A stretch of DNA of 64,000 nt from Candidatus Latescibacterota bacterium. Its GTDB lineage: Bacteria > Latescibacterota > UBA2968 > GCA-2709665. This document shows, in pieces, positions 42,525 through 53,073 of the stretch; within the stretch, counting starts at the first letter, position 1, and each line of letters opens with the position of its first letter. The translations under genes were made by a program, and so were the position numbers. The DNA lies in the NCBI GenBank assembly GCA_965226795.1, contig CBDDDZ010000005.1:1504001-1568000 (forward strand). Direction: 5' to 3'. Below the pieces are notes generated by a model. It saw nothing but the letters and a program-made list of their open reading frames with translations, ran no database searches and had not been told where the DNA came from.

Positions 42525-42839
42525 ATCCGTAGGTTTCCCGGCTGCCGGATTCAGTTGTTGGAGGGGGCGAGCGTGCCCAACGATGCGGGTATGCCTGCAG
42601 ACCCGAAATATGGGCAATCTTTCACATTTCGTCAAGACCGCACCGGATCATCCCCGCCGGGCCGGTGAACGCCGATCGGGGTCCCGGGCGGCCGGATTAA
42701 AGACCCTCTAGGGCGGTTCCGCGGATCTCGTCTTTCGTTTGGCCAGTCCTGGGAAAATGCCTATATTTAATATCATTCAGGGACAACCGTAAATGGACAT
42801 CTGTTTATCTGACGCTGTTTTTGGACGGAGGAGAGCGAT

Positions 42840-43520
42840 ATGCAGGGTACGCGGGGACGATTGACCAGGCGGGAACTCAGGCAGGACGAGTTTGTGAACA
42901 GGATACTGGCTGCATGGGCTTATGTGGAGGAGAACTATATCCGGGTGCTTGCCGCTGGAGGAGGGGTGATGGTCCTTGTCCTGCTTGGTGTGTTTGTAAT
43001 GAACAGGATGGACGCCCAGGCCAGAGAGGCGGTGGAAGCGGAGGGGCGGGTCCGGGTATTGTTGCTCCAGGGGCAGGTTGACGATGCCATTATGGAAGCG
43101 GAACGCATAGCGGAAGCCTATAGCGGCGATGCAGCGGCGGGCCGGGCGCTTCAGCTGGCAGGCGGCCTTTATTTCGAAACGGGGCGCCACGCGGAGGCAC
43201 AGGCTGCATTTGAAAAATACCTGCAGGAGTTCAATGCAACGGGTCCCACGGGGTACAGCGCCTGGTCCGGTGTGGCCGCGGCGATGGAAGAACAGGGCGA
43301 TCCCGCAGGTTCGGCAGCCAGATACCAGGCGTTCGCCGATGAGTTCAAAGACTCGCCGTTTGCGCCCAATGCGCTCAAGGAGGCGGCCCGCTGTTATAGA
43401 GTTTCGGGAGACACCGATCAGGCCAGGATTCTGCTGCAGCGCATTCTGGACAAGTACTCCAAGAGCCCGGTTGTGCGGAGCGCAGAGGAGGAACTCGAGG
43501 AGATGGGTGGCATCGGATGA
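42840..43520 (+). CDS. membrane-anchored TPR protein (YfgM-like)
   Basis: 'LTRRELRQDEF', a single TM and TPR-like helices; GGAGGAG RBS. Confidence 0.8.
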   Translation: MQGTRGRLTRRELRQDEFVNRILAAWAYVEENYIRVLAAGGGVMVLVLLGVFVMNRMDAQAREAVEAEGRVRVLLLQGQVDDAIMEAERIAEAYSGDAAAGRALQLAGGLYFETGRHAEAQAAFEKYLQEFNATGPTGYSAWSGVAAAMEEQGDPAGSAARYQAFADEFKDSPFAPNALKEAARCYRVSGDTDQARILLQRILDKYSKSPVVRSAEEELEEMGGIG

Positions 43521-46500
43521 ACGATCCCAATCTCATAATGACTCGTTTACGCAAATTCCACCCGACCAACCTGGCCGACGATATCCTGCTGGTGGTTCCG
43601 GACGACATGCTCGAGCATTCAACCGTTGTCCGCGTCCGTGAAGCGGTAGGGGACGTGGGGCGCCTGCCGGAAACGATCCTGCAGAGGGATTTCCGGCAGG
43701 CGATGTTCCGGGAAAGACACGTCATTGCCTGCGGAAATCTGGCAAATAACCGGGCGATTCAACGTTTATATACAGCCCGGTGCTGTTTTGTGGATACCTT
43801 TTTTCCGGGCGCGAATGGCTATCTGATCAAATCGATTTCGGATCCGTTCGGGTACGGCCGGAATTGTATTGTCGCAGGCGCCAGCACACAGGAAGGGCTG
43901 GAGGCGGCCCTGGTCGTCGTCAGGGACATCGTCGTCGCCAGTAGCGGCAGCCTGGATCGAGTTCACGCCGCGTCTTTCGATCAAAACCTGCCGCGGTTTC
44001 CGGATGCCTCCGAGATGGACCGGATGGTTCGGGGCGACCTGGAGATCTGGGGATCGGGGTGGTCGGCTTCGCCCTTTCGGGGCGGCGGGCTGCTGTCCTA
44101 TCTCTGGCACTATTACCTGACAGATCATCCGGTCTGGGCGCGAGCGGCGGTGGATATCCTGAAAGGATCGATAGAACCGTGGCGCGCGGAGTGCCGTGCG
44201 CACCCGGAGGCATACCACTGTTTTTTCAACCTGCACCTCCACATCCATCTATGGGACCTGGTGGAAGACAGCCCGCTGTTTTCCCCTGAAGACCGCCTGG
44301 GGGCGGTCGCCATGTTTGACGAGTTGTTGAGACATCTCATGGAACTCTCCTACGTCTCTGAGGAAGTGAATCCGCCCGGTGACATTCGGCAGAATCACAC
44401 GACCTTTATCGGGTTGAACCTGGCCGTGGGCGGCGATTATATGATCAGGCGGTACGGTATCGGCGAATTTCAGCGGGCGAACGATATCGCAAAGCGCATA
44501 TTTGAAGGTCAGATGGATTGTTATAAGCCCGATGACGATGGGGGAGTGGGGTATACCTGGCATGTGCCTCAGGAAACCCTCTCTTATTTTCTGTATCGAG
44601 GGGAGGACTGTTATATTGCCAAGGGCCACGTGTCGGACCTGTGTAAATTGGCGGTGGTGACGACCGACAATATGCGCAGCGAGTGCGGTTACGGCGATAC
44701 GTCCGGATACGCCCGCTTTTCCACCAACGGATGGGAAGCGCGCCTGTGGCCGTTGATGGTTTCGACCTGGCATCACCCGAACCCCGAACACCTCTGGACG
44801 TTGAACTGGCTGGGCCAGGGAAAACGTCCTCCGCTGGATCGGGCGCTGCACGGTCTTTATTCGGCGATTAACTACGTCGACGACGGCTTCGCGCTGGAAG
44901 GGTACCAGCCGCAAGCACCCCGCGAACTGCTTGGCATCTGCGCAATGGATATGCCCGAGGCCGTGCTGGACTGGGTCCGCAAACACGTCCCGCGGGCCCA
45001 TCATCCGGATGGGGGCAAACGGTATTTCGATAAATTGTCCCTCAGGCGGAACTTCGAGCCCGGAGGCGAATACCTGTTGCTGGAAGGACTCGGCACGACC
45101 TGCCATGGACACGAAGATACCAATGCGATCGTACGACTTACGTGGAACAACAGGGCGTGGCTGGCGGATGGGGATTACATCCGCGCGGCGCCCAGGTTTC
45201 ACAATTCCGTCGTGGTCATGCGCGACGGCGACGGCGTTCTTGAATCGCCGGGAGACGGCGTGGTCATTCCGCCGCTGGCGTCCCTGAACATCAGTAACGA
45301 CGGTGCGGAATTCGCATTGGTCCGCACGGAGGCCGCGGGTTACAACGGTGTGGATTGGCAACGGGATATTTTCTGGCGCAAGGGACGGTATATGGTGGTT
45401 ATGGACCGGCTACGCTGTTATGAAGCCGGGGACTATCACCTGCAGTGTTTGTGGCGGATGGTAGGGGATCCGGAACTCGAAGCGAACGGGATTCACATCC
45501 GGCAGGAAGGAGAAGGGTTTCATATTCGTAACGCTGACGGTTCCGCGCAGGAGATCGTCCCGGATCCGCACGTCAAGAGTCGCTGGGGGACCTATCCATT
45601 TGCAGAGGGTACGCTTTCCGTGCTGCATCAGCGAAAAGGGTGTACGCTCGATGCCGGAATGTCGTTTACCTTTATGAATCTGCTCACCCCTGACACAGAC
45701 ATTCATATGGAGCGGGTCGGTCCCGATGCGGTGAAAGTGACGGACGCAGACGAAGTCACGTTGTTGGGCGCGGGAACCCTGGAACTGGATGATCTCCAGC
45801 TTGCTGGGCGCATGTTTGCGTGCCTGGCCCGGGACGGTCGGGTGGTTGTACAGGGCATCGAACGGCTGGCTGGACGGGCGGTTGAAAGCCTTGAACAGGT
45901 CCTGGATCGTCCGGAGCTTTCGGCGGGGATCCGGTCCGCTCGAGAAGCGCTGGCGGTGAGGCCACCGTCGATCCGTCCCTCGGTTTCAGGCGGTCTGACG
46001 CAACGATGGCGCCGGGAATTCCCCGCCGGCATCCGGGATATCTCCGTCTCAGGAGACGGCAGATTGCTTCTGGCGAACGGCGGGGAGGTTGCGTGCCTGG
46101 TTGCGGCGACCGGCGAGACGGTCTGGTCTAGACCCGTTGGCGTGGAAGGTGGCGCCAGCCGGGTACATGCATCGGACATCGACGGAGACGGGAATTCGGA
46201 AGCCCTGTTGGGAACCGAGGACTCGCAACTTATTGTACTGGAAGGAGATTCCGGTGAGGATCGGTGGCGCCGCGGGTTGGTGAATATGTCGAGTCGCGGC
46301 TCGAGGGTGTCGGGTCTCGCCGTTGCGGATCTGGAGGGCAATGGCGACCTGAGCGTGCTTGCCGGTACCGAAGGATGGTTTGTCAATGCGTTTGGGCGGG
46401 ATGGCACCCCCAAATGGGCCGAATGGTTTCGGTATCACGCCATAACCGCGCTGAAAGTGGAGGACACGGACGGAGATGGAAGGGCCGAGATTCTGGTCGG

Positions 46501-47059
46501 TACGGAATATTATACGCCGCTAACGGTACACAATTATGACGGGTCGTTTCGCTGGTCCACGTTCGAACAGGTCGGATCGCATGGTAACGCCACAACGCCC
46601 AGGCGCGGCATCTGCCTGAAACATATGACTCTGTGCGACCTGGATCGCGACGGTATTCTGGAAATCGTGTACGGTACGGAGGACGGCTGGCTTTACGCCG
46701 TCAAACCGAAAGACGGCGCCGAAGTCTGGCATACCAATCTTGTGGGGGAGATTACCGGGCTTGTCGTCCTGGAGGATGTTTTGATTGCGGCGTGCGAATA
46801 CGGCGCGCTCTACGGGTTCGATTTTGAAGGCAATCTGATCTGGCGTCGCCATGAAGCGCAATGGATTCACACGCTCGCTGAATCCCGCGGCGTTATCGCC
46901 GCCGCGGCGAACCGGCGGGAAATCCGAACGTACGACGCAGAGGGACGTTGTCAGGGTTTGTTGGAAATGCCCGCGAACATCACGTCGCTCGTCGCGGGGG
47001 ACCATGGATTTCTCTGTGCCACCGGACGCCATTTGTCCGCGCTGGATGTTTCTATATGA
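43517..47059 (+). CDS. large protein with heparinase II/III-like region and C-terminal FG-GAP/PQQ-like beta-propeller
   Basis: 'QNH', 'HGHEDTN', 'FHNSVVV', then DIDGDG, DLEGNG, DTDGDG and DLDRDG repeats. Confidence 0.65.
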   Translation: MNDPNLIMTRLRKFHPTNLADDILLVVPDDMLEHSTVVRVREAVGDVGRLPETILQRDFRQAMFRERHVIACGNLANNRAIQRLYTARCCFVDTFFPGANGYLIKSISDPFGYGRNCIVAGASTQEGLEAALVVVRDIVVASSGSLDRVHAASFDQNLPRFPDASEMDRMVRGDLEIWGSGWSASPFRGGGLLSYLWHYYLTDHPVWARAAVDILKGSIEPWRAECRAHPEAYHCFFNLHLHIHLWDLVEDSPLFSPEDRLGAVAMFDELLRHLMELSYVSEEVNPPGDIRQNHTTFIGLNLAVGGDYMIRRYGIGEFQRANDIAKRIFEGQMDCYKPDDDGGVGYTWHVPQETLSYFLYRGEDCYIAKGHVSDLCKLAVVTTDNMRSECGYGDTSGYARFSTNGWEARLWPLMVSTWHHPNPEHLWTLNWLGQGKRPPLDRALHGLYSAINYVDDGFALEGYQPQAPRELLGICAMDMPEAVLDWVRKHVPRAHHPDGGKRYFDKLSLRRNFEPGGEYLLLEGLGTTCHGHEDTNAIVRLTWNNRAWLADGDYIRAAPRFHNSVVVMRDGDGVLESPGDGVVIPPLASLNISNDGAEFALVRTEAAGYNGVDWQRDIFWRKGRYMVVMDRLRCYEAGDYHLQCLWRMVGDPELEANGIHIRQEGEGFHIRNADGSAQEIVPDPHVKSRWGTYPFAEGTLSVLHQRKGCTLDAGMSFTFMNLLTPDTDIHMERVGPDAVKVTDADEVTLLGAGTLELDDLQLAGRMFACLARDGRVVVQGIERLAGRAVESLEQVLDRPELSAGIRSAREALAVRPPSIRPSVSGGLTQRWRREFPAGIRDISVSGDGRLLLANGGEVACLVAATGETVWSRPVGVEGGASRVHASDIDGDGNSEALLGTEDSQLIVLEGDSGEDRWRRGLVNMSSRGSRVSGLAVADLEGNGDLSVLAGTEGWFVNAFGRDGTPKWAEWFRYHAITALKVEDTDGDGRAEILVGTEYYTPLTVHNYDGSFRWSTFEQVGSHGNATTPRRGICLKHMTLCDLDRDGILEIVYGTEDGWLYAVKPKDGAEVWHTNLVGEITGLVVLEDVLIAACEYGALYGFDFEGNLIWRRHEAQWIHTLAESRGVIAAAANRREIRTYDAEGRCQGLLEMPANITSLVAGDHGFLCATGRHLSALDVSI

Positions 47060-47153
47060 AAACACAGCAAGCTCCAGGACAACGGTTTAGCGATTGATAT
47101 CCAAGCGATACTAGAGCCTCACGTGAGGCGATAGAAAGGTAGGTGAATCTGGG

Positions 47154-47182
47154 AAAGCCGCCTTAACGAGAGGCGGCTTTTA
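47154..47182. terminator. intrinsic terminator
   Basis: aaagccgcct-taacgag-aggcggcttt perfect 10-bp stem followed by T. Confidence 0.75.
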
Positions 47183-47582
47183 TGATGCTCAAGAGTGCAT
47201 ACGTGAACAAATGAGTATAATTCACATTGACAGACCGTGACGATTTATTAATATTGTTACCACGCACGCAGTGTGTACAGCAGCAGGCGGTCTGGTTTCA
47301 GTGTCGGCCGCGACGGACGTCGTTGAGAATTCCCGATCATGTGGAATTGGGGAGCGTCCAGAATGGAAAGCCCGGATACAGGCTCAAAGCGGCGCACATC
47401 CCCTGAAACGACTTTGACGGCAAAAGAATAACGGGTATTACAAAAAAATCGCACGCGGAAAGGGCACTGGCGTCTGCACCGGGATTGAATGGCCAAACCA
47501 ACTGGGGCAGACTAAATGCAACCTGTCAAGAAAGGGTAGCGAAATGCGAGTAGGGGAGTAAGGTCCGTACTCACCAGGCTAG

Positions 47583-49148
47583 GAGCCTGTCGGAGTACGT
47601 GTGGTTAAAGAGTTGAATACAGTGTCGATAGGCGGAATGAGCGGTGGATGGAGCGTCAAGGCGAGTTGCGGTGTCGTCCTATGCGGGATTGGGCAGCCAG
47701 TTCAGCCTGTCGAGCTTCAAGAGGTTGTGCGTAATGCAGATGAGGTTCCATTCTGCGGTAACTTTTTTAAGACCTCTGAAGGTGAAGCGGTCGAGGCGGC
47801 GAAGTTGTTTGATCTGTCCGAACACGGGTTCAACGATATGCTTTCTCTTTGCGTAGGTGCATCGACCCTTGATTGTACGTAGCTTTCTGGCCATTCTTTC
47901 CTTGGGCGTTGCGTTTTTGGGTATGCGGCCACGTGGAGACTTGGGGATGGGGTCTGTGTGCTTGTGTTTTTGGGTGGCGATGTAAGTATCGATGCCTTCG
48001 GGGAGACGCTCGATCTGGTGTTGACTGTAGTATCCTGAATCCGCGGTAAGACATTTTGGGTTTTGGCCCGTATGGGTCTTGATCCGCTGTACCATGGATA
48101 CCGTCTGATTTTTGTCGTTGGCGGTCCTGGGTGACGTCGGCTGCAAGGATGATCTGTGCCTTCTCATCAACGGCGGCCTGGCAGTTGTAGGCTTGCACGA
48201 AGGTGCCGCCGGAAACCATAATGCGGGAGTCCGGGTCGGTGAAGTTGCGCTGTCGTTTTGCTTCGGGTTCTTTGGAAGGCGGTTTTGGCTTCTTGCCGGG
48301 GCGCTTGCGATGCTTACGCTTCTTCAATTTGTCTTCGTATGTGGCCTGTTTGTCCGCATACTCAGCCTGTGCTTCGGCTTCTAACTCGGCCATCGCCGCA
48401 CGGATCTTTTCCAGACGCCCTTTCCCGAACGCCCAGCCTTCGGCGGGTTCGTCGCCGCGATTGCCCTTGCCATACAGCGCATCTTCAGCAGCGTCCGTCG
48501 CTTCGGCCTGCGCCAGAAGCCGCTTGACCTCCGCCTCGAGTTCCGACGCCTTCTTCTTCATACGTCCGTAGCTCATCGCTTTGTGCTTCGAGGCGTTCGC
48601 TTTCACTTTGGTACCATCCAGCGCCACGTGCCCAAGTTTTACCAGACCCCCCTTCTGGCAAAGCCCAAGCACCTGTGTGAACATCCCTGACAGGGCGTCA
48701 AGATGCCGTTGACGAAACGCGGATATCGTATCGTGATCAGGATGCTGATCCAATCCCAGCACGCGGAACGCGACAGAGTCATACGTCGCCTGCCTGCTGC
48801 AGGCAGGCAGGCTCTATCTTCCGCGAACTCGTGGATGCCTTCACAGTATGCATATAGCAGCAGACCCACCATCATTCTCGGTTCGTAGGGCGGCTGTCCA
48901 CCCTTCGACCCGTCATACGACCCATATATCGACGACAGATCCAGTTCGCCAACGATGTCCAAAATGAAATACGCCTTATGGTCTTTCGGTAGCCACTCCC
49001 GAAGGTCCGGAGGCAACAGCATCAATTGGTCTGGATGATAATCACGAAAACGCGTCGGAGTGTCCATTACGACCTCAAATTTAGGATGCCTGGTGGCGAC
49101 ACTCCTATTATAAGAAATTTTCATCCAATAGGGTACTCCGACAGACTT
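47583..49148 (-). mobile_element. IS1182-family insertion sequence with frameshifted transposase
   Basis: 16-bp terminal IRs gagcctgtcggagtac / gtactccgacagactt (14/16), each flanked by CTAG; transposase motifs 'LLPPDLREWLP', 'ALDGTKVKANASKHK', 'TDPDSRIM', 'ADSGY', 'VEPVFGQIK' lie in three frames. Confidence 0.92.
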
Positions 49149-49152
49149 CTAG

Positions 49153-50680
49153 CCTGAAAAGTTCACAAAAAAGGTAGTTTCCTTACCCAAGTTCGTATTA
49201 TAGTGGTTACGCAAATAACCATAACACAATGAGGAGGCAACTACCGGAGTTCAAGATACACATCACAGGGTGTCTTTCGCAAGTCTTTCTGGTGCCGGTA
49301 GAAGCCACCTTCGACGGAGGCATCCGACCAGCGACAGCGGGGTGATGCTGCTTCGTGAGGTGGAGGCCAGAACCGGGATTTTGCATAGGATGGTTGCGGC
49401 GCTCACGGATCGTCGACATCAAAGTTACGTACATCATCAGATGATGGATCTGGTCAAACAACGTGTGTTTCAGATGGCCTGTGGATATGAGGACGCGAAC
49501 GATTGCAATACGTTGCGCGAGGATCCCGGCTTCAAGGCGGCCTGTGATCGGTTGCCGCTTTCCGGTGCGGATCTGGCCAGTCAACCCACGATGAGTCGGT
49601 TCGAGAACCGGATCAGCAGAACCGATTTGTATCGGATCGCCAAGGCCTTTGCGGATGTGTTTGTCGCCTCGTATGAGGAACCGCCCGAAGCCATTCTGTT
49701 GGATATCGATGACACGGAAGACAAGGTGTATGGGTCTCAACAGTTGTCGTTGTTCAATGCGATGGCTATTGCTACCAGCCCCTGCATATCTATGAAGGCC
49801 AGACGGGCGATCACGACGGTCTTGCGTCCTGGCAGGCGGCCCACGGGTAAAGAGATCGTCACCATTCTCAAACGGGTGATCGCCTAAATCCTGTTGCGCG
49901 GCGATGCTCATTTTTCGTGTCCGGAATGCACGCGTTGTGTGAAGACCTCCTCGGACAAAACGGCAACGACTGCTGCGCTCGGCACAGTCCTTTAGACCAG
50001 GCCAAAACGCTGTATGCCGCTTCGGGAAAACCCGTGCGCCTTTATCGCTGTTGTCAGGCGAAAACCTGGGCTTGTCCACAACGCATCATCTGCAAGGCGG
50101 AAGTATATCCGATTCGTGGTCACCATAAAGCGCGCCCAACCGTCATTCATCTACAAAACCGCCTATTGCGCACGCGGCAGGATGGAAAACTTCATGAATC
50201 ACAAGATTCCGATCCACCTCTTGTCACATCTTCCAGGCCAATCACTTCCGTCTCTTTCTCCACAGCGCCGCCTATGTCCTGATGACGCCTTGGCACAAAC
50301 CGGGTTGCGCGGCACGAAGTGGACGAACGCACAGTTCAATACCCTGCAAAAGGAGTCGCCGGGCCGTTTGTGAGTTGAAAACAAAAATCAGGTTCCATCT
50401 GCCAACCGACCTTTATCGCAAGATCCTCTACAACCTGGCAACGTGTGTTCCAAAATCGTCGAGCTGACCGCGCCTTCACGTTTGGACCGACACGACCAAC
50501 AGCCACGGAGACGTCTGTGCTCTTGACAGGAATTCAGAGCAAGCTGACGCCACGGAGCAAACGTGCTGCCAGCAGGCGCCGCCGACACGGCCTGGACAGA
50601 TCCGTCTCAGCCCGTGCTCTTTCGGTCTCACTCGGAAGCTCTTTCTGCTTCCTCATACTGCATTCCGTGACGGAAGCTAG
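49153..50680 (+). mobile_element. heavily decayed IS1380-family element
   Basis: 'FDGG..TSDSGVMLLREVE', 'GYEDANDCNTLREDP', 'LASQPTMSRFEN', 'LDIDDT', 'YCARGRMEN'; many indels; ends approximate. Confidence 0.8.
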
Positions 50681-51089
50681 TTAAAGCCGAAAGGGTGTGA
50701 GGGCAACGTCGGAGTATATCAACAAGCCTGACCGACCGCCAGCTTGCCGAAGGAGCGATGGGAATTTCGGCTTTGGGACGCCTTGATTATCGAAAACCGC
50801 ACAGTTTACGACGCCCAATAGGCCAAAGAGGCAACTGCCTGCAGATTTGCGGTTAAACCAAGAGGAAGATAAGCCGTCTCGTTTTGCGCGGCGGCCTGTT
50901 TACATGAAGGGAAGGAGGCCTCGGCGCCACGCGATGCGCGCCGTACCCGAATTCTGACTTTCGTTGTGCTTATTGCATTGGATGACACAGGACCTTCCGA
51001 GAAAAAATCCATTTCAGGAAGAGCGAGAGGCTCGGAAGGCCTTGAAGAATTCGGCGCCACGCGTAGTTTTGCGCGCCGTACCCGAAACG

Positions 51090-51299
51090 ATGGTAAAATC
51101 AAATTGGTACAATACGCTTAAAGAAGCCCTCACGGCTGAACAACGCCAAGTGCTACGAGTGATCATCGTAAAGGTTGGAGAGTCCTATTATTGGGCAAGC
51201 CGAGACAACCGAGAACTGATTTACAATAAGAGCGGATTATTTCACAATTTCACTGACGCCCAAGTCGGAGCAGTGGTAAAGGTGTTTGTCCCGAGTTAA
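51090..51299 (+). CDS. hypothetical protein or gene fragment
   Basis: Protein-like 69-aa frame 'IIVKVGESYYWASRDNREL'; no family recognised. Confidence 0.35.
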   Translation: MVKSNWYNTLKEALTAEQRQVLRVIIVKVGESYYWASRDNRELIYNKSGLFHNFTDAQVGAVVKVFVPS

Positions 51300-51912
51300 C
51301 ATCCCGTAGATGGCTTTGATGGATATAACCCCTCGTATTATGACAAGGGATCGAACCGGGTGCAGTTTTTCGAATGCATCTCAATCGGACTCACGACTTA
51401 CACCTATTGGGGTACGGCTTCTGAGTTTAATCCTTGACGAAGTGCGTGGTGTAAAATCAAAATACCACGATAAAAATTACATCAAGTTCATGGGGAATTC
51501 CCACGACAAAACGAAAATTACGGGACAAGATTGCGGCTGGTATGTACGTATCCGTTTATGGTGAGAAATGCAAGAGGAGCAGGGCAGGGGACGCGAAGTC
51601 TGCAGTCAAGGAACTCTAAGTGATTGCTGAAGAGTTTATCGAGGCTCGGCGGGAGCACGACACCCAAATCGCCAAAAAACCAACGGCCGGCGAATACGTG
51701 GCTAAACCGATAGGTAGATAAGCCGCAGGGAAATCGCATTCGGTGCGGGCGCGTGTCAAGCCTTGTCGATATTTCCCAAGTTGGCAAAATTGAGGCGACA
51801 AGCGGGCAAGCGGTCACACGCATCAGGGGAGAAATCGCGTTCAAGAGGAATGTGCAAAATGCGAGTACAAAAACGAAGAGAATTAGCTGACATTTTCCGG
51901 GACGAACTGGAT

Positions 51913-52679
51913 ATGGAGAAATCACCACCCAAGCCGCCCTCGGGTTCGGTTTTGTGGAGGTATATGAACTTCGATAAATACATCCACATGTTGATTAATG
52001 GTGGTGTTTTCTTTCCTTTTGTCCATAAATTGGGGGATCCATTCGAGGGAAGCCTGCCGCGCAAGACATTGCAACGGGCGCTCAAATGGCTGGGCGGTCC
52101 GCAAGGGGTTGAGGTCTTCGACAAAAACATAAGAACGCAGTATGTCGTTTACTGCTGGCACGAAATGGAACACGAATCGGAAGCCATGTGGCGTCTCTAT
52201 GCCGGGAGCGGCCCGGGAGTAGCAATCAGAACCAACTTTGAGTCCTTGATAAAGACCATCTTTCAAGGCGTTAAATCCGAAGCCGCAGATTTTTATGGAA
52301 GAGTAGAATACGTAGACTACGAACCACCGATATTCCGATGCTAAGCACAATTCCGGTGTTTTGCAAGAGGAAATCATTTTCTCATGAGCGTGAAGTTCGG
52401 ATTGCCCGAATTGCGAAGAGAGAGCCAGACCGCTCAGGAGTGGTCTATAGCGTGGATTTGGACGAACTTGTCCATGAGGTGGTTCTATCACCTTTCGCGG
52501 AGGACTGGACACTTGAGGTCGTCAACGCAGTCACGAGGAAATTCAAAGAATCATTAGTGAAAAAAGTCAGACCCTCAGAAATAGAAAAACGAACAACCTT
52601 AGATGAGCTTCTTGAAGGATCGCGGGAACCCCAGCCGAAGGTTAGTCTGGCCGATATCTTAGCCAGATCCGTGTCGTGA
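51913..52679 (+). pseudogene. DUF2971-like protein, frameshifted near 52323
   Basis: 'LWRYMNFDKY..DPFEG..CWH..ESEAMWRLY..GVAIRT..VEY' continues in another frame as 'KRKSFSHEREVR..VVLSP'. Confidence 0.75.
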
Positions 52680-53001
52680 AGGCTTGAGAATTGACGACAA
52701 AGACCGTCCAGAAAATAAAAAGTGCGTTTTCGGTCGCTTTGCAGCCGATCCCCGATATATGCCAAGGACGTTGAACCGTTAGACCGCGCCTCGTGGGAGT
52801 TGTCTAAGTGGATAGAGAACTGCTATCACGGTAGCGCTATTCGGCGACCCGCGTACAACTGTTGCTGACCGCGCCGATCGTCCAAGACATTGCTTAGGGA
52901 TTTTGCGAATACGGGGCGAGTGAGGCCCTTGACAGGATTGACAATTGTGATTTCTTTTTATTGAAGATGCGTCGCGAGCCTTCTGGAACGAACCAACTAA
53001 A

Positions 53002-53029
53002 AACCGGTATAAGATATATTATGTAAACT
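53002..53029 (+). other. dif site (XerC/XerD recombination site)
   Basis: AACCGGTATAA-GATATA-TTATGTAAACT has the 11-6-11 layout; the right arm matches the B. subtilis dif right arm as I recall it; intergenic; gene strands converge here. Confidence 0.8.
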
Positions 53030-53073
53030 TGAAGCTGGAGCACGGGCTTGTTTGCATGTTTTCTCCGGTATTT

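Noticed and set aside
47445..47515. IS3/IS481 integrase C-terminal remnant (GYY..GLNGQT)
   Set aside because: Too short and degenerate to support without a search.
52929..52965. Tandem TTGACA boxes as a promoter
   Set aside because: No properly spaced -10 element and no downstream plus-strand gene.
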